NCBI RefSeq assembly: GCF_964204645.1
Contig: NC_134035.1
Location: 6,138,001 to 6,202,000, forward strand
Length of the DNA stretch: 64,000 nt
Source: Tubulanus polymorphus
Lineage: Eukaryota > Animalia > Nemertea
Direction: 5' to 3'
The notes beneath the pieces are model-generated. The model was given only the letters and a program-made list of their open reading frames with translations, was not told the DNA's origin and did not search any database. The position numbers and the translations under genes were made by a program. Positions 49,523 through 62,876 of this stretch are shown one piece after another; the stretch's first letter is position 1, and each line of letters starts with the position of its first letter.

Positions 49523-51979
49523 CAGGACGCTTCCGAACTTTTTAGTGTGGAATTTTCTATATTGTCACAGCGGACTCGGAGTCATCAATGGTGATAAGAG
49601 GGCCATAACCATATAGCTTACTTGGATTTTGAAAACGGCATATAGCCTTCCAGTTTGAGCGGTGGGCGATACGGTTCGAATTTCGATTTGGAAAGGTTAA
49701 TTGTCGGGTTCAAACATCCTGGATTGTGGTCTAACAGTGCCGCCCCGTATGAATTCGGACCGCCGATACCTGAAAATAAAAACATCTCATAAAAACCGAT
49801 CCCGAAACAAATCAAATCATACACAAATAGAAGATCTTTTATTAAAAGATGTTTGCGAAACCCACAATATAGAACTCAAATAAAAACAATTAATTGACGT
49901 CACTAGAGAACCCGAGGTCGAATTATCGTTTCCCGCTTCACTGTAGGTTTTCACTTTCCTGTATTTTTCTAATTGGTGCTGGGGATAAATAACTATTTTC
50001 TCGATGGTTATTTTCGTTATTTGAGTTTAGTGATTTTTTGTCTCGGTCGGATAGATACACGCCTTATTAGGACTTCACTCGGATCGAAATCATCAGGAGC
50101 CCAGCGACGAAAATGACGCAAATCATTTTCTTTATTCTAGGACAGAGACACATATGTAAATCGAAAATGAAAAAACAGACCAATACAATATAGGGGTAAT
50201 TTTTGATGTTTGATTACCTTGTGATGACGTCATTATATTGTCCGGCTAATTTTTGACGATAGATACGGGTATGTATCGAATATCAACACAGTCAGTTAAT
50301 GTATAGTGAATAATTGTTTAACATGTAAATATTCCAAGTCCTACCTGACAACAGGACTGTATGTCTGTATGACGCACAGTACTGTATGTGATATCGAGTG
50401 TGTTATTATCAATGATTATGAATAATGCATAGAACGGTGTGTGTATTGCACATTGCAGAGTCAAGGTTCAGCCGTCTGTGACAGTGTGTGATTACAAAGA
50501 ACTCCCTGACAGCACCAATCTTACAGGTGCAGATTAAAAAATATCTCTTCTTAACCCCGGCTTCCGTCATAATCAAACAGTTAAAAAGAACCCTGTGATT
50601 TTGAATATTTGAATTACATGTATAGAGAATTCGTGGAAATAAGGACCAGGCGCGGATCCAGGTTTTCGTAGACAGAGTGCTGTCAGTGTGAGTGCGCTAG
50701 CGGGAGACACCGACGGTTTTTTATTTTCGGCTGCCGAGACATCCTGAGTTGTCATAGGAAACAAGGAAAAGCGTAGACGGAAGATATATACGTAGGTGCC
50801 GGCGGGAATCCTCAGGTGGTCTCAAAGCGCGTGAAAGACGGCATAAATATAGACGGCATATATATTTTCAACTAACTCGTCGTAAGGCAACAGCAAAATG
50901 GGCACGAACATTTGCAGAGCAGCGATCGTTGCAGATATCCTCTGACCCTTATGCCCTGCTCTGGAGATCATGTCTATCGTTCAAATATCCACCACGCGCA
51001 GTAGCCCGCGCGCATTTACAATTATTTTCGCACGGCAAAAATTGCATGCAGATATATGAAACATTGATTTAGATGCGATATGGAATCGGCTCAGCCCGAT
51101 ATGACATCATATACCTTTAAGATTATACGATACGAACCTTACATTTTGACAAGATTGCCACGAGCGATGAATCGCATCGAGATGCGGGAAAAATGTCCGT
51201 CAGGAATGATGACGTTGGGCGGCGTGCTGCAGCACCCCAGAGCGGCCCCCTGGATCTACGAGGACAAATTTGGCGTTTGGATTATTTCCCAAATTAAAGA
51301 GCGCCCACAACATATATACAGCAAAATTACTTTTTAGACGTTTTTTTAAGGTTTTCCACAAAAACCATAACGTTTGATTCACGGCCAAAAACGTTAGACA
51401 GGGTCTTAAGCTTTTTATTGTTCTCATGTTCGAGGTGGTCAGTGACGGTCAATTTATAAATTTGCAATGGCGAATCCGTTTTAGTCTGAGACAAATCGCG
51501 GTATCGTTCCCATATTCGAGAAGTTTTAATTGGTCAGTGTTGGTCAGTGCTGGTCAATTTATGAACTTACTAAAAGACTTTGTGCTTCGAATAGAACAGC
51601 GGCAAGTCATTGATTGGCTGACTTGGCCAACTTGTCACGCCCAGCACAATTTAAAATGACTTGATATATTATGGCTGCTGACTAACTTTATCTCCCGATA
51701 GCTGTCATCATAAAGCAATTCAGTTGTGTTAGCACTGAAAAAGCGCGGGGTCATTTGAACTAGATCGGCCGAAAAGGAAGGATCGCAGCTATCGGCATAT
51801 GAGGTTTTTTCAGTGGTGCCAATCTCCAAATCCTCGACAGAAGACTCAACCGTCCGGCAGAAGCTCCCCTCCATACGCCTAGAGCCTCGCGGGACATTTT
51901 TCAACTCTAGTCACCGCCCCCCCCCGCTGGTGGAAGCCCGCCGGAAACTCAGGTTCAACCAGTGATCATGAGTGGGACC

Positions 51980-52078
51980 TAGTCAGTAACCTGACTGTGG
52001 GTTTAGTTTCACGATCGGATATTCACAAAGCCCATCCGATTATAAAAAGCTTACCACCAACGATTAGGTAACTAACTA
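51980..52078 (+). mobile_element. 99-bp TAG-ended MITE with 10-bp TSD (AcademH-like), same family as the 14145 palindrome arms
   Basis: TAGTCAGTAACC...GGTAACTAACTA. GAGTGGGACC duplicated at 51970-51979 and 52079-52088. Confidence 0.8.
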
Positions 52079-52655
52079 GAGTGGGACCAAGATACAAAAT
52101 CAACTTAGTTCTTTATTCAATCTAACAACTTAAGACCAATTCTAAGATCTTAAAGGTTCAGATTTTGAGGTGATTTAGATAAAAAAGTTCCTCCGAGACA
52201 GTACTCCGAGACTTGACCCGCCAAGCATTACGTGGCTCCGAATCCACAACCGTTTATTAGCAGTGTATCAATTCAATTTCAATTTTCAATCCAAATAACT
52301 TTATTTACGTTACTGTGTTTTTTACTCGTCTATTGCCAAATAGAAATAAGGTAATTTAGTAGAATACATGCTGTTCTAATCATTATTTGACGCCTATTTT
52401 TTCCTATTAGACTCTGTTTACTTTTGTTGACACTACAGAGGGAACTGGGCGGCGGCTAACTTGTAGCAGATTTTGATTTGTCCTGCTGTAGTAGTGCTGG
52501 ACCAGAAAATTTGAATCCATGATTGATTCAATCATTGATGATGTCGAAATGAAATATTTTGCAATACTGATAAATGTGCCACAAGTTAACTCAATCAACT
52601 CAACCAAATGCTATCAAAGCATTTACTGGTCTCATTCCCACTCATGATTGATTGT

Positions 52656-54122
52656 CAGTCAGGAACACTTTCCAAAAACGGCTTATTCTGCCAATTTCGG
52701 CGTTTTCCGCCAATTACGGCAGAATCAGCCGTTTATGGATCACTCAGTTTTGAAACTTTCACAGTCGTTTATGGCTTAATCAGCCAGTTTCAGCTCACTA
52801 AGTTTCGAGTTTTGCTTTAAAGTTTTTTGCGCACTTCCGGTTCAATTAGCGCATGTTGCCGATGACGTCATAATCTCGAGCAGACGATAAGCTTTCATAT
52901 GACGCTAGGATGGAAATTTTTGAGCTAGGTAAAGTGGTCAAATTTACGTTTTTCTAAATGATTACGTCATATGAAGCCCAAAAACTCCGGGATAACTCTC
53001 AAAACACCTACAGCATGAAACAAGTTTATTAATCATGATTTTTGTTAAAAATAAATTTGGGAACTAGTTTTAAAAACTATTATAAAGTTTTCAAGTAAAC
53101 GTTGCCATGGGTACACATAAAAACATTCGCCATTTCTGGCGTATTCCGCCGTTTTTGGCGTAGTTAGTTTTATAATCATAAACTATTAAGCCATTATTGG
53201 CAGTCCACTTGTTATATATGAGGATTCCCCCACCCACTTAGACGTTTCCCCTAGTGTCTACACGGTACTTTTTTCGGAATAAAATAATTAATTTGCTGAG
53301 GTGAACGGATGTGTTAATATTATATGTTAAAAATAAAATTATTATTATTATAATTATCATTCTCATAAGACAAATCAATCATGGATGTATAAACTAGTGC
53401 ATCAAAAATCTAGTTTTAAGTTTTGCCCATGGACTTATTTTGCCTAATAAAGCATAGAATGGTTGAGGGATATATTGGACTGCATATGATGTTGGTTAAT
53501 TGAAGGTAATTAACATCTTCGATGCCTCCAAGCTAATTGATGGATTCTTGTGGTGGATAGTGATTGAATGAATTGGTGGCCGATGACGTTACAACTCAAA
53601 ATCGATACAGCTGTATCTAGACTCATTTCAAAATACAACAAACATTTTCGAAACAATTTGGGATACATGTATGTATATATTTATTTCATAGAATACAGGT
53701 ATACAGAAAGAAAATAATTCAAATACATTTGCCATCGGAAACCCATACATTTATATTTAATTCTTTCTTGAAGCCTGGAACGGATCAATGAGATTAATTT
53801 TTCGGCGCAAATATACAAATGTATGCCAGCAGAAAAGCGATGATGTCATAATAGGGACTCCCATCGAACTAAGCATTATAAATAGCACCTGTAAAACTAT
53901 CTATCTAAAAACGCCATTTCTGGCGATGTAGTTTTAAAAACTGTAACAGCTGAAAACGGCGTTTTTTAAGAACAAGCCAAAAATGGCAGAAAACGCCGAT
54001 TTCGGCTAAATTGGCAGAAGCAGTTTAAAACTGAGTAATCCATAAATGGCTGATTCTGCCGTTATTGGCGGAAAACGCCGAAATTGGCAGAATAAGCCGT
54101 TTTTGGAAAGTGTTCCTGACTG
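52656..54122. mobile_element. Non-autonomous DNA transposon with ~100-bp TIRs (CAGTCAGGAACAC...) and 5-bp TSD, in the putative RNF141 5'UTR intron
   Basis: Long near-perfect TIRs. ATTGT duplicated at 52651-52655 and 54123-54127. No coding ORF. Confidence 0.85.
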
Positions 54123-54350
54123 ATTGTGGTACATCCGAGTAGGCCGGTAGGCCTAGTGTAGTACAGTAGCACGGGAATCCCCGGTTGAGATAACTCGCTA
54201 TTTCTGGATCACAATCTAAATCTTAAGACAGTGCATTTCATGTGACCCCAAATCATATTCAACATTTTGTTATCATAGCAAAAACAGTTTCAGGAAGCAA
54301 AGAAGGCGACAGAGAATATCAAATAAGACTATTCTAATCTTCAGGTAATA

Positions 54351-56467
54351 ATGGGGCAGGAAAATTCACAAATACGACGAATAGCTCCGACACAACTGGT
54401 CGTGTTGGCTGAAAAACTACACCATCAAGCCGATACACTGAGACAAGTCGCTACATTGACCTACGAACAATTCCTCATGAGTGTCGAAGAATTAAACCAA
54501 ATGTAAGTATTAAACTAGGCAATGTTGTTATAAAATGGGGTCATCATCGTGCTGGAGACTATCCCATTGTAAAACTAAACCACAGTCACATTACTGATGC
54601 CTATTTCAACTCCTTCGATACAATGTAAATTGGATTAAAATACCAATGTTTTGGTTCGCTTCCGCCAGTGCATTCTGGCCCTATTAAAGCCGAAGGACGT
54701 GTATAAGGTACCGTGTACCACCAAAACTGACTGAGCTAGGCCACTTGATGTGTCCTCTATTAGCAAAGTAGACGTTAGTCGTGATAGCTTAGATAGCTGA
54801 GTTTTTGTTTGGCTTTCATTTATCTTGTAAGTTTTCAGTTACCGGTATTTTGAATGTTTGTATTTGTAGAATTGAATCATTCTGTGAATCGTCTGAGCAG
54901 CAATTGTTGATCGCGGTCAAGAAAGGCTCCGACGATTCTATAATATGGAAAGGAACCGTGCGTATTCATTGTTTAAAGGTGCGCTTCAAAGCTCAGTCCA
55001 CAGTAGTTGAATTGACATATCATATCACTATCCACTATTTCTATTTCATTGGTTTTCTAGGTTGATAAAGATACTGGTGTCGTGAGGAACAAACGAGTGT
55101 TGAATCTACGTCAGTATATCAGACTACACGAAGAGATATCGCGTCAAGCTCAATCAGTTACTTCTGATCCTGAACAGAAAACCCTAGATACCTCAACATT
55201 ATTAGCTGAGTTAGTATCAGTCAGAGAATCCAGTTACCGTAGCTTAACACGCTTCCTACAAACTATGAGTTATCTGATAGTTCCAGTTCTGCCATCATTG
55301 CCACTATGAGTTATCTGAAAGTTCCAGTTCTGCCATCATTGCCACTATGAGTTATCTGATAGTTCTAGTTCTGCCATCATTGCCACTATGAATTATCTGA
55401 TAGTTCTAGTTCTACCATCATTGCCACTATGAGTTATCCGATAGTTCCAGTTCTGCCATCATTGTCACTATGAGTTATCTGATAGTTCCAGTTCTACCAT
55501 CATTGCCACTATGAGAAGTTATCTGATAGTTCCAGTTCTGCCATCATTGCCACTATGAGTTATCTGATAGTTCCAGTTCTGCCATCATTGCCACTATGAG
55601 TTATCTGATAGTTCCAGTTCTGCCATCATTGCCACTATGAGTTATCTGATAGTTCCAGTTCTGCCATCATTGCCACTACGAATTTTCTCATAGTTCCAGT
55701 CCAGTTCTATTATCATTGCCACTATGAGTAATCTTCCGTTCCATTGTAGGATTGCTGAAGAGACAGAGTCACGTTGTATCTCACTAGAAGCTGAAGATAG
55801 TGAATGTTGTATATGTATGGAACGTCAGGCTACAGTTGTATTAACTTGTGATCATAAATACTGTGAACAATGCTTCGATCAATGGTCGGTATTCAATATT
55901 TTTATTATCGCTATCTTTCAGAAATACTTTATATAAAAAATCCATGATATTGACGAATGGCAACGAGAAGATATGTTACCCTGACATTTCATATCAGATT
56001 TCTTCTATTCAGATTTATTGATTCATCTTAAATCAATCTCAGGGGCCTGTTGCTCAAAAGTTGGTTAAAGATAACCAGTGGATAGATACCATAGTAACAA
56101 CGAACTTTTAGTAGTCACTATGTCAACTATCCACAGGTTAACTCTAACCAACCTTTGAACTGGCCCCTGAAGAAGTAATCAGACCGGAAATTTCAGTGAA
56201 ACACAGATTTTGTTGTTGTTGTTCGTTTAATATTGTGGGTTTTTATTTATACAACAGACAGCGACGAGTGTCAAATTGATTTATTTCAGGAATACATCTC
56301 ATAAATCGTGTCCATTTTGTCGTAAAGCTGTTGATAGTACGATAGACACGTGGGTTCTCACTGATAAGCCAGACTCGAATGAAATGGTCACAGGAGTTCA
56401 GGATTATCTGATGGGAATCACTGAGCAGACGCGCGATGATGACGATGCGGGAAACAGTAACGGTTGA
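54351..56467 (+). CDS. RNF141: RING finger protein 141 (C3HC4 E3 ligase), 5 coding exons
   Basis: Exons 54351-54502 (MGQENSQ...LTYEQFLMSVEELNQ), 54870-54978 (GSDDSIIWK), 55061-55209 (LNLRQYIRL), 55750-55884 (ECCICMERQATVVLTCDHKYCEQCFDQW), 56290-56467 (CPFCR...WVLTD). Phases are consistent and the protein is collinear with vertebrate RNF141 as I recall it. Confidence 0.92.
55262..55728. repeat. 41-bp minisatellite, about 11 copies, in RNF141 intron 3
   Basis: Unit ACTATGAGTTATCTGATAGTTCCAGTTCTGCCATCATTGCC, repeated head to tail. Confidence 0.93.
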
Positions 56468-57035
56468 ACCTCTCCATCAGGATGAAATTTCTGAGTGCAT
56501 TTATTTATGTCTCTTTCAACTTATTTGCGCAAACATCGCGGATATCATTGACTCGGTCAGTTGTGCTAGACCACATACAAAGTCTTCTCTTACTCAAGTT
56601 GAATCAGAGAACTCAATTTTTGTAATGAATCAATTTAACAAAATTGGTAGTGATAAGTTTTTTTATTTCATAAATTGGAGTCTCTTTTTCTCTATTTCAC
56701 CCATTCAATAAGGAGTTACTTGTTTGTGGCAGTATTTCAATTAGTGTTAAATGAATTATAGAAATCTATATTTTCGTTCAACATCTGTGTTCGTTCAATA
56801 TCAGGTGTGTGTTACTAAAACTGACTTGAATTATGGCACCCATCGGGTTCGTTCAAACCAAGATGAAACAGACGTTTAATATATATTTTATTTATTAACA
56901 GGTATGAACTACTTATGCGTTATTTAATGTTTTTAAAGTTGAAATTATAGATTAATTGTCGATTGCCAGTGTTCAGTTAACTGCTACTTGGCTGTGTTTC
57001 CTGGTAAAAATGGATGGCTGGTAGTACTTGATTAA

Positions 57036-57320
57036 CCCTTTCAGTGTGTCTACACCGCAGTGCGGTGTATAAATCAGTGATGGATTTTGCTAGTACACCG
57101 CATCACGGTGTATTGATGTAATTAATAATTGGTAATTATCTCCCTTGAATAATGGCAGCACCTAACGAACATAGTGAAATATTAGTAACTAACGATACAC
57201 CGCACCGCGGTGTATAGGCACTATAGTGGTATTCCCGTTATTCAACACACTAGGGTGGAATTCTTAAAAATTCTCAAATTATCAGCACTATAGGGTATTA
57301 ATTTGTCCGCACTGAAAGGG
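57036..57320. mobile_element. piggyBac-type MITE (TTAA|CCCTTTCAGTG...CACTGAAAGGG|TTAA)
   Basis: Intact TIRs and TTAA TSDs at 57032-57035 and 57321-57324. Internal palindrome TACACCGCAGTGCGGTGTA. Confidence 0.88.
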
Positions 57321-57970
57321 TTAAAAGATTATCGAAATGAAATACAGTAGATTATCGAAATGAAATACAGTAGAGTACCGGTATGCTTAACTTGGATATA
57401 GTCATAGGTTGGTTCAAGTCCCAACACATAAAGGATTGGGTAAAATCATCCATTTTATAGCCTATTTTCATCTCAAAGGAATAATTTGAAGATGTCATGA
57501 TATATCTTGAACCGTATTTAAACGAATAGTGAACAGATCTATACTAAAATCAACATGGAAAAAATATAACTAGTTTTTCTATAAAAATGCCAAAATAACT
57601 GGGAAAACTAAAACCAAAGGTCCCAATTGGTCTGACTTACTGTGTACTGTGCTGTATGGAAAATGAGATTTAGAAAGAAAAAAGTGTGCAATTTTTAGTC
57701 TCTTTCTCAGCGTGGTCAGTGATTTTTCAGAAAACGTAAACCGTTTTCAAATGTTGTTGTGATAAATATGTATAAAACCTACATTATAATATATATCTTA
57801 ATAATCGATATATTAATAAATTTATTTTATACGAACATGTCAGTTTTTGTTAGGATTTCGTTGAGGTGTCTTAAATCTAAAAATGCCAACCAAAAATTCA
57901 ATGTCAATTCAACAACATCCGGCATGAGCGCGAAACGCCGTTCCACATGAGTAACGAGGGTTAGGAATAA

Positions 57971-59211
57971 ACTAGGGGTCCAGGGACACCATGCCCACTT
58001 GGGAAGTGGTTTCAAATGATCAACAATCTAACAATTTCAATATTCAACGCCCTCTGGTGACCATATACAAAAACCAATGACCTTGAAACTCAATACAATC
58101 ATAAAACATGTCAGCAGCTACGATTTTGTAATTGATTGTGATAACAAAAAATGCCTCGTTACCAGTTTAATATGGAAATACTAAGTTATTCTACTATTCA
58201 ACGCCCCCTGGTGACGATATTCAAAGCCCAATAACCTTGTAACTCACCATATTCATAGAACATGTCATGATTTTGTAATTGATCATGGTAACAAAATATG
58301 CCTAGGTACCAATATAATAAGGAAATACCAGGTTATTCTACTATTCAACGCCCCCTGGTGACCATATAGAATAACTTATTTCCTTAAAACTCACCACAAT
58401 CATAGATGATGTCATGAGCCACAACTTTGCAATTGATTGCGGTAACAAAATATGTATTGATACGAATATAATATAGAAATACTAAGATATTGTATTATTC
58501 AACGCCCCCTGGTGGCCATATCAAAAAACAATGAACTTGAAACTCACCCCAATCATAGAACACGTTATACGCTACAACTTTCTAATTCATTGTTGTAACA
58601 AAATATGCTTAGGTATCAATATAATGTCGAAAAACTTTTTCCCACCTACGAATGAGTACTAATGACACCAAGATGGCCGCCAATTGCGTCATAATTGGCG
58701 GATCAAAAATACCTGTCTCAGGTATAAAACATCCCTTCACAAATTGCAATGAGAAATGGCAAACCAGTAGGAAGCTGCATGACCTAGAATTCTGGCAAAA
58801 ATTGACATTTTTGGGCACTAAAAAGGTCATAGGACGGCCATCTTGAGTCATATGGACCCAATTTTTCTTATGCTGATGGGCCCTTGGTAGATTCAAATAT
58901 AATCGAAAGATCAAGGTAATTGATCAAAGCGTCTTCAAAATTTCCCTCGTAAACTTCGAAAATGTGTAAAAAGTGCTGATTTTGGTGAACAACAATGGCT
59001 GCCAGTCGGCCATCTTGATTCTGACAGGGCCATTTTTTGGCCTGAAGATGTGTCTAGGGTAGATACATGTATAAACCAAATATCAAGACATTACCTTGAA
59101 GCGTCTTCAAAACTTCCCAAAATAACTGGATTCCGTCTACGGACGGACGGACGACGGATGAAAAGTTAACGCAATAGCCCGCTGGGACTAAAGTCCCAAG
59201 TGGGCTAAAAA
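57971..59211 (-). mobile_element. Second copy of the HINE-like element
   Basis: End-to-end reverse-complement similarity to 19450-20715 (ACTAGGGGTCCAGGGACACC...CCCAAGTGGGCTAAAA). Confidence 0.8.
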
Positions 59212-60549
59212 GCTAGGGTTATGGTTTAGAGGGTAAGAGAACTTTTGTTAGTCCACGCCAGTCACTGTCCTTAATTACTCATGTGGAATATCGTTTTTAC
59301 TCCCCCACGACGCGTTGTGGGAGCATACTCTATTCACTTAGTTTCCTTCGGAAGCCATGTTTTGAATTTTTCATTTCCTGGCTTCATAAACAAACTGGTC
59401 GACATACGCTCAGGGTGTATTTACACTCAGGCATTTCAGCTGATGTAGGGGGAATCAGTAGTCTTCAGTGACATTCTGGTTGCGAATACAAGTGTAACCA
59501 TTGCGTAAAGAGTGAGCATGAAATGAGCTTAACTCCCACAGAAACTAACTACACTTACTGTTTTTGATGAAACAATGTATAAATTTATTTTGTTCTTTGA
59601 TTTTTTTCGCACGTTATATTATCATCTAAAAAGATGAGAGCACACATCGATTCATTTGATTTAAACCCCCCGAAATATTTAAACCCCCTGAAATACCATT
59701 TGATCGTTTAACTCGGTACCTCTTACAAAATCAGAGTCGTACAACTACAATACAACCTAGCGAGCAAGTCATCAACAATTACAAACTAATCGATGATACA
59801 TAGGCAGGCTTCAATTGAACATATTGCGGATTAAAAACTCTACTGGCCGCTATCCAATGGAAACCTGCCTTTGAGCACAAATAGTTAAGCTGTAGATTAT
59901 TGAATTCTGCTACTATTGAGGTGTAAATTATCACTACTGTATCTATTATAAAACTGCACTCAATATTCTCAACACACACTAGGAATAATACAATCATATT
60001 TATAATATAGAAAATTGCGAGTATTCACCGTTTAAGTAATCATCGATAGCTACAAATACATCTTACAATTATATCATGATTAATATGGTGACCATATGTA
60101 TTTTGAGCAAGACACAATATAAGTAAATAATCTAACCCCCACCCCCACAATGCCCCACCTCAAGGGCCTCGGTGATCCAGAATCATTAGCTAAATATTTG
60201 TAAAAAGGACTTAAGAAATATCGTGAAGCACAAGAAAGTAGAATATCAGCATTTCGGTTGAACAGTTGGCTATTAAATCTATATCAGCTCAACTAGGTCT
60301 TTGATTAATAAATGTCGTTTGGTTGGTTTTTGAGGGAGTGTGCTGGTCAGAAACAATAATCAACAACTCTCTAATTTGTAAGACTGACTGACCCGGTAGA
60401 AAATAAGACTGAAATATCACAAAATTATTTGATTTCTTTAAGTGTTTAATAATTTAATCGAAGGTCGTGTGGACGGTTGACCTTGTTGGTGTAAATCTAG
60501 CATTCGTAGCTAAGAATCGACGTATATGTAGTAGAATCGACAGTTAATT

Positions 60550-62392
60550 TCACGTTCTTAGAGTCGATTGAATTTTCTCTTGCGCGAACATTCGATGAAA
60601 CGTACTTTTATCATCTAACAAACTGCGTACCATAATCACCTGTATTATCGCGACTGTTACCATGACGGCGATCTGTATAACGGACCACGTGTTAACGCGG
60701 TCGAAGTTCGATTCTTGCACGGACCGGTCTCGCAGTTCAAACACTCTCAGGATATCTTGAATCTTCGACGCTTTTTCCAAACTCTTCTTCACTTTATCCA
60801 TTGACATCTTTATAAAATAAAAACAAACCGTTAACCTTTTCAATACTGACTAATTAATACCCTATAGTGCTGGAGATAATTTGAAAAAATTCCACCCTAG
60901 TGTGTTGAATAATGCGCATGCCATTATAGTACGTCTACACCGCGGCGCAGTGTACCGCTAGTTACTAATATTTCACTATGTTTGACAGGTGCTGCCATCT
61001 TTCAATGGAGATAAAAAACTAATTACTAATTACATCAATACACCGCGATTCGGTGTGCTAGCAAAATCCATCACCAATTTATACACCACACTGCGGTGTA
61101 GACAAACTGAAAGGGTTGATAAAATGTCAATTCGGCAACAGACAAAGCGCTCCCTTGAGTCGGGACAGTCAAACATTGATAAGGCCTACCCTGAAATCTT
61201 CTAGTCTCATATCGACCAGCGTGTCCTCGACCGTTATTTTACTCCAATCTTTCGTTTCGTCTTCTTCATTCGTCGTCAAATCGAAGAAAACGAGTTTCGA
61301 CGAAAATCGACTAAATGAATTGTCAAAACAGAATCGATAATCACCGACTTCATTCGGGATCGTTCTGAAAATACAATAACAATCGTTTACACACAGTTAA
61401 TAATAATACTAATAATAATCTATTCAGCCTAAAATCCATATAAAATATGCTCATTGGGTAGTATACACCATATATAAAAAGAGAACATAGAAAACTAAAA
61501 TGAGTTTAATTAAAAACTTTGATGAACAAATGGGTTTTGTGCTTAGATTTAAAAACATCCATTGAAGGACTAGATTTAATCGGGACTAGGTACAGTATTC
61601 AAGAGAACTGGGGCAGAGTACGTGAAGGCTCTGTCCGGCTGAGACAATTAACGCGGGGAATGACTAGCTGGGATTGATTGTTAGATCTTAAACTCTAGCG
61701 GATGATTTATATTGCACATCGGTTACCCAGAAATGTTATCATTTCATTTTCACGAGTAGGGTGGTTAGAATTTAAGTAAGTTTTAAGGGTTTGGCTTAGG
61801 CGGAGGGCTTTATATAGATAAAATATTTAGTTGTTACCAGCTTCGATGCTTCCTCAAATTCATATAGGCCTTCTCATAGGCCTTATCAATCACCAAACCA
61901 ATGAGAATGAGCTACTGCAAAAATAGTGTTTACTAATATAATGCCTTCTTGTTTCATTGTTTTGAAATACTAACTTATGAGTTCCGTCAGTTTTCTTTTT
62001 CTCAGATACGAGTACAGCACCAGATGGACTATTCAAAATGAAATTCACATCCATCTCTCCGCCTTCAATTACCTACAAACCAAATTACCAGCAAAAACTG
62101 TTAAAATTCATTTCTAATTTTAACCTGAAAATCAGACGATTGATTAATTTTAATTCAAAAAAAGTTATACATATATCTGCAATTAATAAACAACCTGGTA
62201 TTCTACATCAAACTCGGCTCCTTCTCTATCGTTAACTGTATGAAAGAAACAGTATTTTTCACCGGCGGCCACATCGACTGTCATCTCACGATCTTTACCC
62301 GACGCGATTCCAATCACCATTACCAACAGCGCCACGACTAACTGAACTAACAACATCGAATCGACCCGTCTTCCTAAAAGCAACATTTTCAT
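60550..62392 (-). CDS. p24/TMED cargo receptor, gamma subfamily (TMED1/TMED5-like), 4 exons, 242 aa
   Basis: Exons 62195-62392 (signal peptide, VAAGEKYCFF...FDVEYQ), 61975-62072 (VIEGGEMDVNF), 61190-61364 (GDYRFCFDNSFSRFSSKLVFF), 60550-60807 (RDRSVQESNFDRVNTWS plus TM). GOLD domain, coiled coil and TM helix. Confidence 0.92.
60835..61115. mobile_element. piggyBac-type MITE in TMED intron 3
   Basis: TTAA|CCTTTTCA...CTGAAAGGG|TTGA, with the same internal sequence as the other copies. Confidence 0.82.
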
Positions 62393-62533
62393 TATCTATC
62401 TCACGTCCTATCCTATACTCTAGTTGAGTTGAATTTCAGCTCGAATTTCATCGGAACTCGTCTCGACCGCCGCAACCCGGAAATAACTGGCAATAAAGTT
62501 TAATTGAGCTTGAATTCCTGATGACGTCACGGT
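62393..62533. promoter_or_regulatory. Compact bidirectional promoter between TMED and the Rab-effector-like gene
   Basis: Head-to-head starts 401 bp apart or less, CCGGAAAT (ETS-like) near 62478, TGACGTCA at 62522-62529. Confidence 0.45.
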
Positions 62534-62792
62534 AAAAACAATTCAATTTATTTATCATAGTTTGTTATGTTATTATTTGTAAAATATTCGTAAATAGTTT
62601 TTACATTCTTATTTCAATCACAACAATTACATCTTTCATTTCTGCTAACTTTTTTCTCACATTCAATAAAGTAAAATTCAATTGTAATTTAAGGCACTTT
62701 GAATTGAATTGAAAATTTATTATCGGACTATCCATCAATAAAAAAACGACTTTTGCGCTAAATTTCGGTTCGACAGAGGGACAGTGGATGAA

Positions 62793-62876
62793 ATGGAGGA
62801 ATTGAATCTCTCAGAAATGGAATCATTAACTGAAACTGAAAAACAACAGTTAATTGCTGTAATGAAACGAGCCAGG
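62793..62876 (+). CDS. Probable early coding exon of a Rab-binding (Slp-homology helix) protein, RIM/Piccolo/Slp-like; gene continues beyond the window
   Basis: MEELNLSEMESLTETEKQQLIAVMKRAR followed by a GTTAGT donor. Resembles the (D)LSxL(T/S)EEERxxIxAVMxR helix of RIM/Piccolo/synaptotagmin-like proteins. Only 28 codons are visible. Confidence 0.6.

Noticed and set aside
55262-55728. 41-bp repeats as a CRISPR array or coding repeat
   Set aside because: Head-to-tail units without spacers, non-triplet length, and intronic in RNF141.
56160-56200. Additional hammerhead candidates (CTGAAGA...GAAA at 56167 +, and about 59425-59470 -)
   Set aside because: Stems I/II or the UH cleavage site are not satisfiable. 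Too degenerate to call.
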